Origin: Thermodesulfovibrionales bacterium
GTDB lineage: Bacteria; Nitrospirota; Thermodesulfovibrionia; Thermodesulfovibrionales; SM23-35
Assembly: GCA_963753165.1 (NCBI GenBank)
Contig: CAVWBP010000002.1
Span: 80,301 to 144,300, forward strand
Reading direction: 5' to 3'
Length of the DNA stretch: 64,000 nucleotides
This document shows positions 39,830-49,656 of the stretch, piece by piece. Positions within the stretch are counted from its first letter, which is position 1, and every line of letters starts with the position of its first letter. The position numbers were made by a program, and so were the translations under genes. The notes beneath the pieces are model-generated. The model did not search any database and was not told the origin of the DNA. It saw only the letters and a list, made by a program, of their open reading frames with translations.

Positions 39830-42140
39830 ATGAATAAACAACGGTCATCAGACATTATGAATGTATTCGCTATTCTGATTTTAATTGGATTTTTCGCCTC
39901 CGCTTCTCATCCCTGAATCTCTCTTCGCTGAAGAGACCCCGACCGATACCGCTGTTCAAGAGGATCAGCCTGTCAAAGTACAACAGGGGGATAATCCTCA
40001 GCAGGAACTTAAGCAGACTGGAAAACAAAAAGGCAGGGAGAAAAAAGTCGCCTTTAATTTTGTTGATGTGGACATACCGGTCGTGTGAAGTTTATCAGTG
40101 AAGTAACGGGCAAAAACTTTGTGTTCGATGAGAGAGTAAAAGGCACAATAACCATCATCGCTCCGTCCAGGCTTTCTGTGGACGATGCATTCCGTCTCTT
40201 CACCTCTGTGCTGGAGCTGAAAGGGTTTACCATCATCCCGTCCGGAAAAGTGTATAAGATTCTGCCGACTGCGCAGGCAAAGCAGACAGGGCCCGAACTC
40301 CAGAAAGACGAGGTTGTGCACGGTGAGCGATGCGTATATCACAAGGCTCATACAGCTGAGGGCGATATCATCTGCGAAGGCAATGAATTTCCTCCAGCCC
40401 CTTGTCTCAAGGGACGGACATATCTCTTCGTTCGGCCCCGGAAACATGCTTATGATTGTGGACTCTGCCACAAATATCGAGCAGATACTCGAGATCCTCG
40501 ACTCGATAGACAAACCGGGGGTGGAGGAAGCGGAGATTATCCTGCTGAAGCATGCAAATGCGGATGACGTGGTGAAGATCATCACCGAGACGCTGGTCCT
40601 GAGCAGCAAAGGGCAACCCTCTGCGATACGCGGACTGAGGCCGGGTGCAGGTGCCGGCAGCATCTGTCGAAGAATCCAAATCGTCTGTTTTTGCAGATAC
40701 CCGCCTGAATGCAATCGTCCTGATCGCGGACAAGCAGGGAAAGAGAGGCCATGAAGAGGATCATAGCGCTCCTCGATATCCCGCTTCCCGAGGCAACGAG
40801 CAAGATCAACGTCTATTTCCTTGAATATGCCGATGCGACGGAGCTCTCCGAGGTGCTCGAAACGATGCTTTCAGGGATTTCTGCACAGCAAGGGCAGGGC
40901 AGGCGGGACAGCAGGGCCAGGCCCAGAAGAGCCCCTTTGAGCCGGAGGGAAGATGATTATTTCCCCGGACAAGGCAACCAACTCTCTCGTTATTGTGGCA
41001 TCTCCTGCAGATTACCAGAACCTTGTCCAGGTAATAAGGCAGCTTGACAAGAAGAGAAGGCAGGTGTACGTGGAGGCGATGATCGTTGAAGCCTCAATAG
41101 ACAGATTGCAGGAACTCGGGTCCAAGTGGCGGATTATCGCCGAGAAGGACGGAGAACCGGTAGTGGTCGGAGGGTTCGGCCAGATCGACTCTACCTCAAT
41201 GCAGGGAATTCTTTACGGACTCACCGGAATGACAGCCGGCGGCATGGGAAACTTTCTCGATGTCCCGATTACGACAATTGGTTCGGACGGATCAGTTATC
41301 ACCTCGACACTCACAGTTCCGGGATTTGCCGCACTTTTCAGCCTGAACGAATTCAAGGATGCTGTAAATGTCCTTTCCACACCGCAGATCCTGACTTCAG
41401 ACAACAAGGAAGCGGAAATCATTGTAGGGGAAAATGTCCCGTTCATAGCCCAGAAAGAATCGGACCCCGCACGATCGCAATCAATTTTTACCTCGATTGA
41501 GAGAAAAGACGTCGGAATCACCCTGAGGATCACTCCTCAGATTACCGAAGGGAACCATGTGAAACTCGACATCTATGAGGAGATATCAGCCCTGAAGCAG
41601 GAATCGACAACGGTGGTGCTTACCGTGGGACCGACGACCACAAAACGTTCGACAAAAACGTCTGTTCTTGTCAAAGATAACCAGACTGTTGTAATAGGGG
41701 GGCTCATGGAAGAGAGAGAGGAAGAAACAGTGAATAAAATACCGCTCCTGGGCGACATCCCCCTCCTGGGCTGGTTGTTCAAGAATAAATCTGTGGAAAA
41801 AAAGAAGACAAACCTGCTCATATTTTTAACGCCCCATATTGTGAGAGAACCTGAGCAGCTCGATAAATTGACCGGTGAAAAAAGGCTGCAATTTGCAAGG
41901 ATGGAAGAAAGATATAAAGAGGGCGAATTGCTCGTAAAATTCAGGGGGGAGACTTCAGAAGAGAGAATCATGGAGATACTCTCTCAGGAAGGCGCTGCTA
42001 TCCTGGCCCCGTTACAACCGAAAGGGCTCTGCCGGATACAGCTGAAAAAAGGCCGGGAAGTGAAAGACGCGGTCAGGATTTTCACTGCATATCAGGAAGT
42101 GGAATATGCGGAACCCAATTATATTATGAAAATACAGTGA
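39830..42140 (+). pseudogene. gspD: Type II secretion secretin GspD with a C-terminal I9-prodomain-like extension; five or more frameshifts between 39.9 and 41.0 kb as assembled
   Basis: Signal peptide MNKQRSSDIMNVFAILILIGFFASA. N0/N1 pieces lie in different frames: VAFNFVDVDIPVV | KFISEVTGKNFVFDERVKGTITII | AKAMNFLQPLVSRDGHISSFGPGNMLMIVDS | SVFADTRLNAIVLIAD | INVYFLEYADATELSEVLE. Intact secretin core: VYVEAMIVEASIDRLQELG...LSTPQILTSDNKEAEIIVGENVPF...IPLLGDIPLLGWLFKNK...NLLIFLTPHIV. Confidence 0.88.
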
Positions 42141-42184
42141 AGCCCTTCAGAATTTAAAGCTTTTAAGATTATGAATGAATACAG

Positions 42185-43705
42185 ATGGAAACGATCGATG
42201 TCATAAAGGATGAGGATGTAGAAATCTCCCTTCTCCAGAATATTCCTCTCAGCTTCGTGAAGAACAACCAGATATTCCCTTTCAGCCGGAATGGCGAGGA
42301 ACTTTCAGGCGCTGTTGCTGACGACAGGGGGTTGCTGGCGCTTTCGGAAGTCGCAAAAACATTGGGCTTAAAGCCCAGACCTTTCAAGGCAAACTCAGGG
42401 ATCATCCTCGATGCAATCAACAGGTTCTACGGGCAAATGGGTTCGGCAGAGGAGGTTATGGATACCATAACCGGCGAGGACCTCTCCTCTGTCGCGACCG
42501 AATTCGAAGCCCCGAAAGATCTGCTCGAACTGACCGAGGAGGCTCCCATAATCCGTCTCCTCAACGCTCTCCTTCTCCAGGCGGTAAAAGAGAGGGCAAG
42601 TGATATCCACATCGAGCCGTATGAGAAAGAACTCGATGTGAGATTGAGAATAGACGGGATACTGCACAGGGTTTTGACCCCGCCAAAAATTATTCAGGAC
42701 GCGTTAATCAGCAGAATAAAGATCATGTCGAACCTCGACATCGCTGAAAAGCGGCTCCCGCAGGACGGAAGGATACGGCTTCTTCTCGGCGGAAGGGACA
42801 TCGATATCAGGGTGTCGGTCATCCCTACTTCTCACGGTGAGAGAGCGGTCCTGCGGCTCCTTGACAGAAAACAGGGCCTGCTGGGTCTCTGGGAGGTCGG
42901 GTTTAACAGGGATGACGAAAAGAATATGGAGGACCATCTGAGAAGACCGGATGGGATCATCCTGGTTACCGGACCCACGGGGAGTGGAAAAACGACGACC
43001 CTGTATGCTGCGCTCAACAGGATTCATACGGAAGAAAAGAATATTATCACGGTTGAGGACCCCATCGAATATCAGCTGAAAGGCATCGGACAGGTACAGG
43101 TGAACCCTAAAATACGGCTTACCTTTGCCTCAGGGCTCAGGTCTATTCTGAGACAGGACCCCGACGTGATTATGATCGGCGAAATAAGAGACCTGGAGAC
43201 GGCTGAAATAGCCATGCAGGCATCGCTTACAGGACATCTCGTTCTCAGCACCCTTCATACAAACGACGCACCGAGTGCGTTGGTGAGGCTTATAGACATG
43301 GGGATCGAGCCCTTCCTCGTCGCTTCGTCATTGGCCCTTGTGCTGGCGCAAAGGCTGGTACGGACGATCTGTCCCCAGTGCAAGATATCCTATACCCCGA
43401 CTGAGATCGAGCAATCATATTTTGCAGAACCTCCCAGGGTCCTCTACAGGGGACAGGGATGTGACAAATGCAAGGGGAAGGGATATCTCGGGAGACTGGG
43501 CATTTTCGAACTGCTTGAGATCAGCAATGAAATACGGCCCATGATCACCGAACGGATGGATTCTCAGAGAATAAAGAACCAGGCGGTTTCGCAGGGCATG
43601 AAGACCCTCCGGCAGGACGGACTTGAGAAGGTGATTCAGGGGATAACAACCCTTGAAGAGGTTCTGCGGGTAACACAGAAGGATTATGCCGATATTTCAA
43701 TATAA
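42185..43705 (+). CDS. gspE: Type II secretion ATPase GspE
   Basis: Walker A VTGPTGSGKTTTLYAAL. Asp/His boxes: ITVEDPIEYQL, RQDPDVIMIGEIRD, TGHLVLSTLHTND. Tetracysteine motif: CPQC...CDKC. Confidence 0.95.
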   Translation: METIDVIKDEDVEISLLQNIPLSFVKNNQIFPFSRNGEELSGAVADDRGLLALSEVAKTLGLKPRPFKANSGIILDAINRFYGQMGSAEEVMDTITGEDLSSVATEFEAPKDLLELTEEAPIIRLLNALLLQAVKERASDIHIEPYEKELDVRLRIDGILHRVLTPPKIIQDALISRIKIMSNLDIAEKRLPQDGRIRLLLGGRDIDIRVSVIPTSHGERAVLRLLDRKQGLLGLWEVGFNRDDEKNMEDHLRRPDGIILVTGPTGSGKTTTLYAALNRIHTEEKNIITVEDPIEYQLKGIGQVQVNPKIRLTFASGLRSILRQDPDVIMIGEIRDLETAEIAMQASLTGHLVLSTLHTNDAPSALVRLIDMGIEPFLVASSLALVLAQRLVRTICPQCKISYTPTEIEQSYFAEPPRVLYRGQGCDKCKGKGYLGRLGIFELLEISNEIRPMITERMDSQRIKNQAVSQGMKTLRQDGLEKVIQGITTLEEVLRVTQKDYADISI

Positions 43706-44866
43706 GGGATACAGGCCTGACGGTTCGGAGGTCGCCGGGCACTATCGAGGCAGCAAGCCAGAAGGAGGCAGCGCTCAGGCTTAAAGAGTCCGGACTCTAT
43801 CCAAGGAACGTAGCAGGGGCTTCAGAGAAAAGACGGTTCTCTCTGTTCAACCGGCACGATGCAACTCTCCTCCCCTCTGTGACGCGTCAGCTGTCAACAC
43901 TTATCTCCTCCGGTGTCCCGCTCCTTGAGGCCCTCAGGTCGCTTTCCGACGAACAGAAAGGTTTCTGGAAAACCATGCTGGTGGACATAAAAGAACGGAT
44001 TGCTGGCGGGATCGAGTCTCTCAAAGGCGCTTGGAAGAGTATCCGAAAATATTTCCCTGAATTCTATGTCAATATGGTTGCCGCCGGAGAGGCGAGCGGA
44101 AATCTCGACAATATTCTCACCCGCATTGCTGATTTTCTGGAGGCCCAGGACAACCTGAAATCCAAAGTCAGGACATCGATGGTCTACCCTGTTTTCATGA
44201 TCTGCATCAGTTTTATCGTGCTCTCTTTTCTCTTCGCCTTTGTGATGCCGAAAATTACCAGAATATACAAAGACACGCAGAGTGCACTCCCCTTGCTTAC
44301 CGTGGTCCTTATCTGGGTGAGTGAGATTTTTCAGCGTTACTGGTGGCTCCTTATAGGATTGCTTCTCGGCGGGTTATATTCCCTCAGGGAATTGAGGGAG
44401 AAGAAACGCGTATTCCTCGACAGGATGATATTGCGCATTCCCGGGAACATCCTCCAGAGTCTCTATTTCGGGCGTTTCGCCCGGACATTGGGGTTCCTTC
44501 TTGAGGGGGGGCTCCCTATGCTGAGTTCTCTTGAACTTTCTGCAAAGTCCATCGGGAATAAAGTGATCGAACATGAGCGTTCTGGAATCCGGGAAACGGG
44601 TGTCGGAGGGTGCACGGCTTTCTGCATCGCTCGATGGCTTTCCCCCGGTGCTCCTCCAGTTGATTTCGACAGGGGAGAGGAGCGGACAACTGGTAGAGGT
44701 TCTGAAAAATGCCGCACGTTCCTACGAGGAGGAGTTCTCCCGCAGGGTGGACAAAGCCCTTTCACTTCTTGAACCGGTGATGATTCTCTGCATGGGCTTT
44801 CTGGTGGGACTCATCGTCCTCGCAGTCCTTCTGCCGATATTCCAGTTGAACCAGTTGATAAAATGA
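43686..44866 (+). pseudogene. gspF: Type II secretion inner-membrane platform protein GspF; frameshifts near 43738 and 44570, plus a possible compensating pair around 44020-44055
   Basis: Starts MPIFQYKGYRPDGSEVAG | TIEAASQKEAALRLKESGLYP. Contains TRQLSTLISSGVPLLEAL and VNMVAAGEASGNLDNIL. After the shift: GFPPVLLQLISTGERSGQLVEVL...LLEPVMILCMGFLVGLIVLAVLLPIFQL. Confidence 0.88.
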
Positions 44867-44874
44867 GCATACGA

Positions 44875-44991
44875 ATAACTGTCCGGTATAGTACTTTCGC
44901 TCATTCTCGTCCCGAAAGCATTCGGGAGGACTCCGAGGTATTCCGATAAGAATCGGGATAAAGCCGCTCAAGTACTATACCGGACAGTTAT
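44875..44991. repeat. Structured intergenic element with perfect 21-bp terminal inverted repeats, between gspF and gspG
   Basis: ATAACTGTCCGGTATAGTACT (44875-44895) pairs with AGTACTATACCGGACAGTTAT (44971-44991). The interior carries the cccgaaagcattcggg hairpin shared with family-C copies. Confidence 0.85.
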
Positions 44992-45016
44992 CAGAGAACA
45001 ATATAACGGAGGAATA

Positions 45017-45448
45017 ATGAAGAACAATAAAGGATTTACCCTGCTCGAAATCATTGTGGTGGTCTTCATCCTCAGTCTCCTTGTGGCGATTGTGGCGCCG
45101 AAGATCATAGGGCGGACCGATGACGCGCGGATTGCAGAGGCAAAGGTTCAGATAAGGAATTTTGAGACTGCCCTGAAACTCTTCAAGCTCGACAACGGAT
45201 TTTATCCGGCTACGGAACAGGGGCTTGAATCACTCATCGAGAAGCCCACTGTCGGGCAGATACCCCAGAAATACCGTGAAGGCGGCTATCTTGAACAGAG
45301 AAAAATCCCGCTCGACCCCTGGAACAATCCCTATATTTATATCTCACCCGGTATCTACGGAGACTTTGATATCTTGAGCTACGGAGCAGATGGGAAAGAG
45401 GGCGGTGAAGGGAAAGATGCGGAGATCAAGAACTGGGACATGCAATAG
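45017..45448 (+). CDS. gspG: Type II secretion major pseudopilin GspG
   Basis: Prepilin signal MKNNKG|FTLLEIIVVVFILSLL. Also contains AKVQIRNFETALKLFKLDNGFYP, DPWNNPYIY and SYGADGKEGGEG. Confidence 0.95.
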   Translation: MKNNKGFTLLEIIVVVFILSLLVAIVAPKIIGRTDDARIAEAKVQIRNFETALKLFKLDNGFYPATEQGLESLIEKPTVGQIPQKYREGGYLEQRKIPLDPWNNPYIYISPGIYGDFDILSYGADGKEGGEGKDAEIKNWDMQ

Positions 45449-45886
45449 CACCGGATTTTCTCTTATTGAGCTGATCGTCGTACTCTTCGTCCTGTCTCTG
45501 GTCCTTGCGATTGTATTGCCGACCTTCACCGGTTTCGGAGAGAGCAGGCTTAAGGCCGAAGCACGGGAGATGGCCTCAATCCTGAGATACGTGAATGACA
45601 ATGCGGTATCGAGAAAAGAGACGTTCTTTCTGAAATTCGATCTCGGGAAAAATATGGTTGCCTGGAGTGAACCCGGAGGGAAAAAACCCGGTCTTTTGAT
45701 GATCTCACCGGCGTCGAAATACAATCGAGAGGTCTTGTGTCGAGTGGGGAACTGACTCTTTTCTTTGAACCTCTCGGCGCCCGTGAAAATCTCGTTGTGT
45801 ACATGAAGCGGGGAGACAGCCACATGACAGTTACACTAAACCACCTGAGCGGCAGGGTGAAAATCGAGACAAAGGATGAAGGATGA
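45417..45886 (+). pseudogene. gspH: Type II secretion minor pseudopilin GspH; frameshift near 45690-45700 as assembled
   Basis: Prepilin motif TG|FSLIELIVVLFVLSLVLAIV. After the shift: DDLTGVEIQSRGLVSSGELTLFFEPLGARENLVVYMK...VTLNHLSGRVKIE, stop at 45884-45886. Confidence 0.7.
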
Positions 45887-46031
45887 GGGATGAAGGAGAA
45901 ATAAAGAAGAAAAAAACATGAGGAAATACTTGTAAAAGAAAATATCAGAGGAATCTCTGAACAAGGATACGCTCAATGTCATTCCCGCGTGGCGGGAATT
46001 TTTCATCCTTCATCCCTCATCCTTCATCCTT
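45872..46031. repeat. Element bounded by perfect 26-bp inverted repeats made of GGATGAR heptads, spanning the gspH-gspI junction
   Basis: AAGGATGAAGGATGAGGGATGAAGGA (45872-45897) and its exact reverse complement (46006-46031). The 108-nt interior contains a family-C half-site hairpin ATTCCCGC-gtg-GCGGGAAT (45981-45999). Confidence 0.9.
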
Positions 46032-46361
46032 CGGAAGAGGGGCTTTACGCTTCTCGAGGTCCTGATCGCGCTGGCTATACTCAGCAGCCTGCTCGTCACC
46101 CTCATCTATACCGTGAATTACCAACTGGGACTCATCGAGAGGCAGGAGACTATCACGGTCGCAACCCTGCTCGCCAAGAGCAAGATGTCGGATCTCGAAA
46201 AAGATCCTGCCGGCAGCAAGGGAGAGTTCGATGCCCCCCATGAGCATTACTCATACGAGACTTTTGTGAAGGCCTCGCCGTATATCGGGGTTTCAGAAAT
46301 TATCGTTGTGGTAAAAGCGGGCAGTGAAGAGGTGAAACTGAATGAGTTTATTGTTCAATAA
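45989..46361 (+). pseudogene. gspI: Type II secretion minor pseudopilin GspI; GTG start and a frameshift in a G4 run near 46040 as assembled
   Basis: The frame after the shift reads G|FTLLEVLIALAILSSLLVTL...ERQETITVATLLAKSKMSDLE. The only in-range start (GTG 45989) is in the neighbouring frame. Confidence 0.7.
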
Positions 46362-47004
46362 GACTTATCCTTTATCCCCTTTTGCAGGGAAGGATAAGGC
46401 CGGGTTTCCTCCCTCCCGGCGAAAAGCCGGCTTTACGCTTCTGGAGGTGCTTATCGCAGTGTCGATCCTCTCCATCATTCTTGCCGCACTCTACAGCACA
46501 TTTTTCATGAGCCACAGGGCAATGGAAGGAATGGATGAATCTTTGACAAAACTTCAGGAGGCAAGAAGGGCCATCGATATCCTCAGGTGTGAACTTGAAT
46601 CGGCCTATCAGAATGAACAGGACGCAGATACTTTGTTCAGAATAGAGGACAGGGATGTCTACGGCAAGCAGACTACGCAGCTCGATTTCACCGCGTTCTC
46701 CGCAGTACGCCCCGGGCTTTCGAAGATTTCTTATTATGTTGAAGAGAAAGAGGGAAAACTGAGTCTCTTCAAAAAGGTGGAATCGCCGTACGGCAGGGAA
46801 GAATCAGAGGGCGTTGATATTATAGAAGATCTTGAAGGTTTTGCCGTCGAAGCAAAATATAATGATACCTGGGTAAGGACCTGGGATGCAGCAATAAATA
46901 AAGCAAAACCCGGGGAACTGAGGATCGGCATGACCATGAACATTAAAGGGCACACGATTACGCTCAATGATATCGCAAAACCGAGGATAGGAAATCAGGT
47001 ATAG
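46342..47004 (+). CDS. gspJ: Type II secretion minor pseudopilin GspJ, with an unusually long leader if ATG 46342 is used
   Basis: Contains RRKAG|FTLLEVLIAVSILSIILAAL, LQEARRAIDILRCELESAY and a beta-rich C-terminal half. Confidence 0.75.
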   Translation: MSLLFNKTYPLSPFAGKDKAGFPPSRRKAGFTLLEVLIAVSILSIILAALYSTFFMSHRAMEGMDESLTKLQEARRAIDILRCELESAYQNEQDADTLFRIEDRDVYGKQTTQLDFTAFSAVRPGLSKISYYVEEKEGKLSLFKKVESPYGREESEGVDIIEDLEGFAVEAKYNDTWVRTWDAAINKAKPGELRIGMTMNIKGHTITLNDIAKPRIGNQV

Positions 47005-47083
47005 ATTCCATATCATGAAAGAACAGAAGCCACTGTTTGAAAATTTAGTTGCTAAAAATTAACGGGTCAGGTTTCTCTAATAT

Positions 47084-47147
47084 GTCATTCCCGCTTGTCG
47101 GGAATCTTTTTGAGGAACCGGAAAGATTGCGGACAAGCCGCAATGAC
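47084..47147. repeat. Family-C palindromic element, copy 5 (near-consensus)
   Basis: Sequence gtcattcccgcttgtcgggaatctttttgaggaaccggaaagattgcggacaagccgcaatgac. Confidence 0.85.
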
Positions 47148-47158
47148 AAAAATTTCAT

Positions 47159-48089
47159 ATGAAATTGAAACAACCATATTTATTAGCAAGGAACCAGCAC
47201 GGCATGGCCTTGGTCATAACGCTGCTTGTCCTTGTGCTCTTGACCGCAATGGTAGTGGAATTTTCCTATGGCGTCTATACGGGCACGAATAATCTCTATA
47301 ACTGGAGGGATGCACAGCGCCTCTCCCTTATGGCAAAGTCAGGCGTCAGTGTGACTGCCAGGATTCTTAAAGGGTTGCGAATCAACAGAGTCAGTAAACA
47401 ACGCAAAATTTCATATTGAGATGCCTGTTGAAAATCCTTTCGAGGACTTTCAAGGGAATATAAACGTCAGGATCGAGGATGAAACGCCAAATTCAATCTA
47501 AACGCTCTTGTCTGTCCAGCGGGTGATCGGGATGTGAATATGGGAGCATACAATGCACTGAAGAGGCTTATTAGTGTGCTTGCACTTGATGAGAGGATAG
47601 CCAGACAGAATCGTCGACTGGATCGATGAAAACAGTGAGGTGAGAATTTCGGGGGGAGAAGCCGGCGCAAAGAATACTTTTCTTGATAGTACTGACGAAC
47701 TTCTCTTAATACGTGGGATTACCAAACAAGATTATGATACGTTAGTTCCTTATATTACGGTGTGCGGGTCAAAGGGGATGCTCTATGTTAATATTAATAG
47801 AGCAGACATCCCCGTTATGAGGAGCTTGTCAGATTGGATGAAAGAGCAGGATGCAGAGGAAATAGTCAATCGCCGCAACTCAATACCTTTTACAGGTGAA
47901 CATGGGGCAATTCTTGGAGAGATTCAAGGTATTGTGGGCGGATTTGGGACTGAAACAGGAGTCTTTTTGACTTCAGAAGGACAACACTTTTCTATAATTT
48001 CTACTGCATCATCAGGTGGTGTGAAGAGAATTATTGAAATGGTATTGAATACTGCGAAAAACACAATGGAGTACTGGAAGGAATATTAA
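47159..48089 (+). pseudogene. gspK: Type II secretion minor pseudopilin GspK; three or more frameshifts between 47.39 and 47.64 kb as assembled
   Basis: Starts GMALVITLLVLVLLTAMVVEF...WRDAQRLSLMAKSGV. Further pieces: IEDETAKFNLNAL, IVDWIDENSEV, and GGEAGAKNTFLDSTDELLLIRGITKQDYDTLVPYITV. Confidence 0.75.
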
Positions 48090-49153
48090 TGGCGACAGTG
48101 CTCTTTATCGATGTCAGGGAATCTGAAGTCGAAACCTATCTCTTCGATTCCGGAAGGGGTGGTCATACACTTAAGGAGAGGAAGACATATCCCCTGTCCG
48201 GCAACCTGGATTTTTCCCTCGATCCCGTTCCGGTGACTGTTGAGAATACCTATGTAAGCCTTCCTCTGAGCAGCCTCAATTTCAGGGTCGTAGACCTCCC
48301 GTTTGTGCAGAAAGACAAGGTCAGGGATGTCCTTCCCTTCGAACTTGACAGTATCATCCTCGGAGGATCTGAGAAGGTAGTCTTTGACGGCGTTCCGCTC
48401 AATAATTCCGGGGACGCAAGCCAGGTGCTTGCAGTGTATGCCGGGAAACAGACTATCGGGGACCTCCTCAGAAAACTGAAAACATGCAATGCAGACCCTG
48501 CCTGCGTAACATCGCTTGAGTTGAGCAAAGTGGTCCGGGAATTTTCATCGGAAAAACTTCTCGCTCCTGTGCGGTTGGAGGCGCAGGAAAGGGTATCTCT
48601 TGCGATTGAAGAGATGAAAATTCCTACCGTCAACCTCCGCAGGGACGAGTTCGCGTACACCCGCGAAACCGATAAGACAAAGAGGTCACTCAGATGGACT
48701 GCGCTCCTCGCGGTATTCGTCGCGCTTATTTTTGCGGCAGGTATACTGCTGAACATTCTCTCTGTCCGCTCGGAAATTGCAGCAGTAAAGAATGATATGA
48801 GGAAAAAATATCAGGAAGCTTTCCCCGGAGAAAAAAATATCATCAACGAACTCCATCAGATGAAGTCCCATATGAAAGAACTGAAAACCGATGAGGGACT
48901 CTACCTGGGAATCAGCCCTCTTGCAACCATCCTCAGGATATCGGATACTGACAGACAGGGCGTCGTGTTCCATGAGATAACCATCGACAGGGAGAACATG
49001 ATTCTGAAGGGCGAAGCGCCGACTCTGAGCGACGTGCAGAAGATGAAGGACAGGCTGGATGTTCTCTTTGACGGGGTCACCATATCAGACTCTAAGTCAT
49101 CTGCACAGGGCAGGATGCTGTTCACTATAACGGCAAAGGAGAGGAAATCCTGA
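48089..49153 (+). CDS. gspL: Type II secretion protein GspL-like (cytoplasmic actin-like domain, TM segment, periplasmic domain)
   Basis: Contains SLPLSSLNFRVVDLPFVQKDKVRDVLPFELDSIIL and the central TM segment WTALLAVFVALIFAAGILLNIL. Lies between gspK and gspM with coupled start and stop codons. Confidence 0.6.
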   Translation: MATVLFIDVRESEVETYLFDSGRGGHTLKERKTYPLSGNLDFSLDPVPVTVENTYVSLPLSSLNFRVVDLPFVQKDKVRDVLPFELDSIILGGSEKVVFDGVPLNNSGDASQVLAVYAGKQTIGDLLRKLKTCNADPACVTSLELSKVVREFSSEKLLAPVRLEAQERVSLAIEEMKIPTVNLRRDEFAYTRETDKTKRSLRWTALLAVFVALIFAAGILLNILSVRSEIAAVKNDMRKKYQEAFPGEKNIINELHQMKSHMKELKTDEGLYLGISPLATILRISDTDRQGVVFHEITIDRENMILKGEAPTLSDVQKMKDRLDVLFDGVTISDSKSSAQGRMLFTITAKERKS

Positions 49154-49656
49154 TGACGTTTCTTAAAGACAAAAGGGTCGTCGCTTTTTTTGCCGGTCTG
49201 ATCATTGTTATTTTTCTCTTCTTCTCCGGAATGCATCAGCTCTCATCATCAAAAAAAGAACTTGCCGCGCTCAAAGGACAACGGAATGAACTGTTCCTGC
49301 TGAAAGATGAATACCTCTCGCTGAAACAGAGAATAGATTCCGTGGAAGGCAGGAAGAGCCAGTCAGGCCCTCAGGGCATTGTCCAGGCAGTCGATGAAGT
49401 CTTCCAGTCTATGGGCTTGAAAGACAAAATAAAGACGCTGAAATCCACAGGGAAGAGAGAGATCAGGGACGGATTTGAAGAGAATGCCGATCTTTCCATA
49501 GAGAAAGTGACCATGAACGAGATGGTGAATATCCTCTACAGAATCGAGAATGCACCCATGGTCCTTACCATGAAAAAGGTTACCATAAAAAAGTCTTTTG
49601 AGAATCCCGAACTCATGAATATCTCCCTTGACCTCTCGTTCTTAAAGACAAAGTGA
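49153..49656 (+). CDS. gspM: Type II secretion protein GspM-like
   Basis: 167 aa with one N-terminal TM segment (VVAFFAGLIIVIFLFF), a coiled coil and a small C-terminal domain. Translationally coupled (ATGA) to gspL. Confidence 0.5.
   Translation: MTFLKDKRVVAFFAGLIIVIFLFFSGMHQLSSSKKELAALKGQRNELFLLKDEYLSLKQRIDSVEGRKSQSGPQGIVQAVDEVFQSMGLKDKIKTLKSTGKREIRDGFEENADLSIEKVTMNEMVNILYRIENAPMVLTMKKVTIKKSFENPELMNISLDLSFLKTK

Noticed and set aside
39998-40714. 238-aa minus-strand ORF opposite gspD. Similar long antisense ORFs occur at 6057..6752 (ftsA), 15891..16676 (dinB), 63091..63840 (aconitase) and 733..1188 (murG).
   Set aside because: All overlap genes whose sense strand shows strong family motifs, and none has a motif or plausible start context of its own. 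They are typical shadow ORFs of moderately GC-rich coding DNA.
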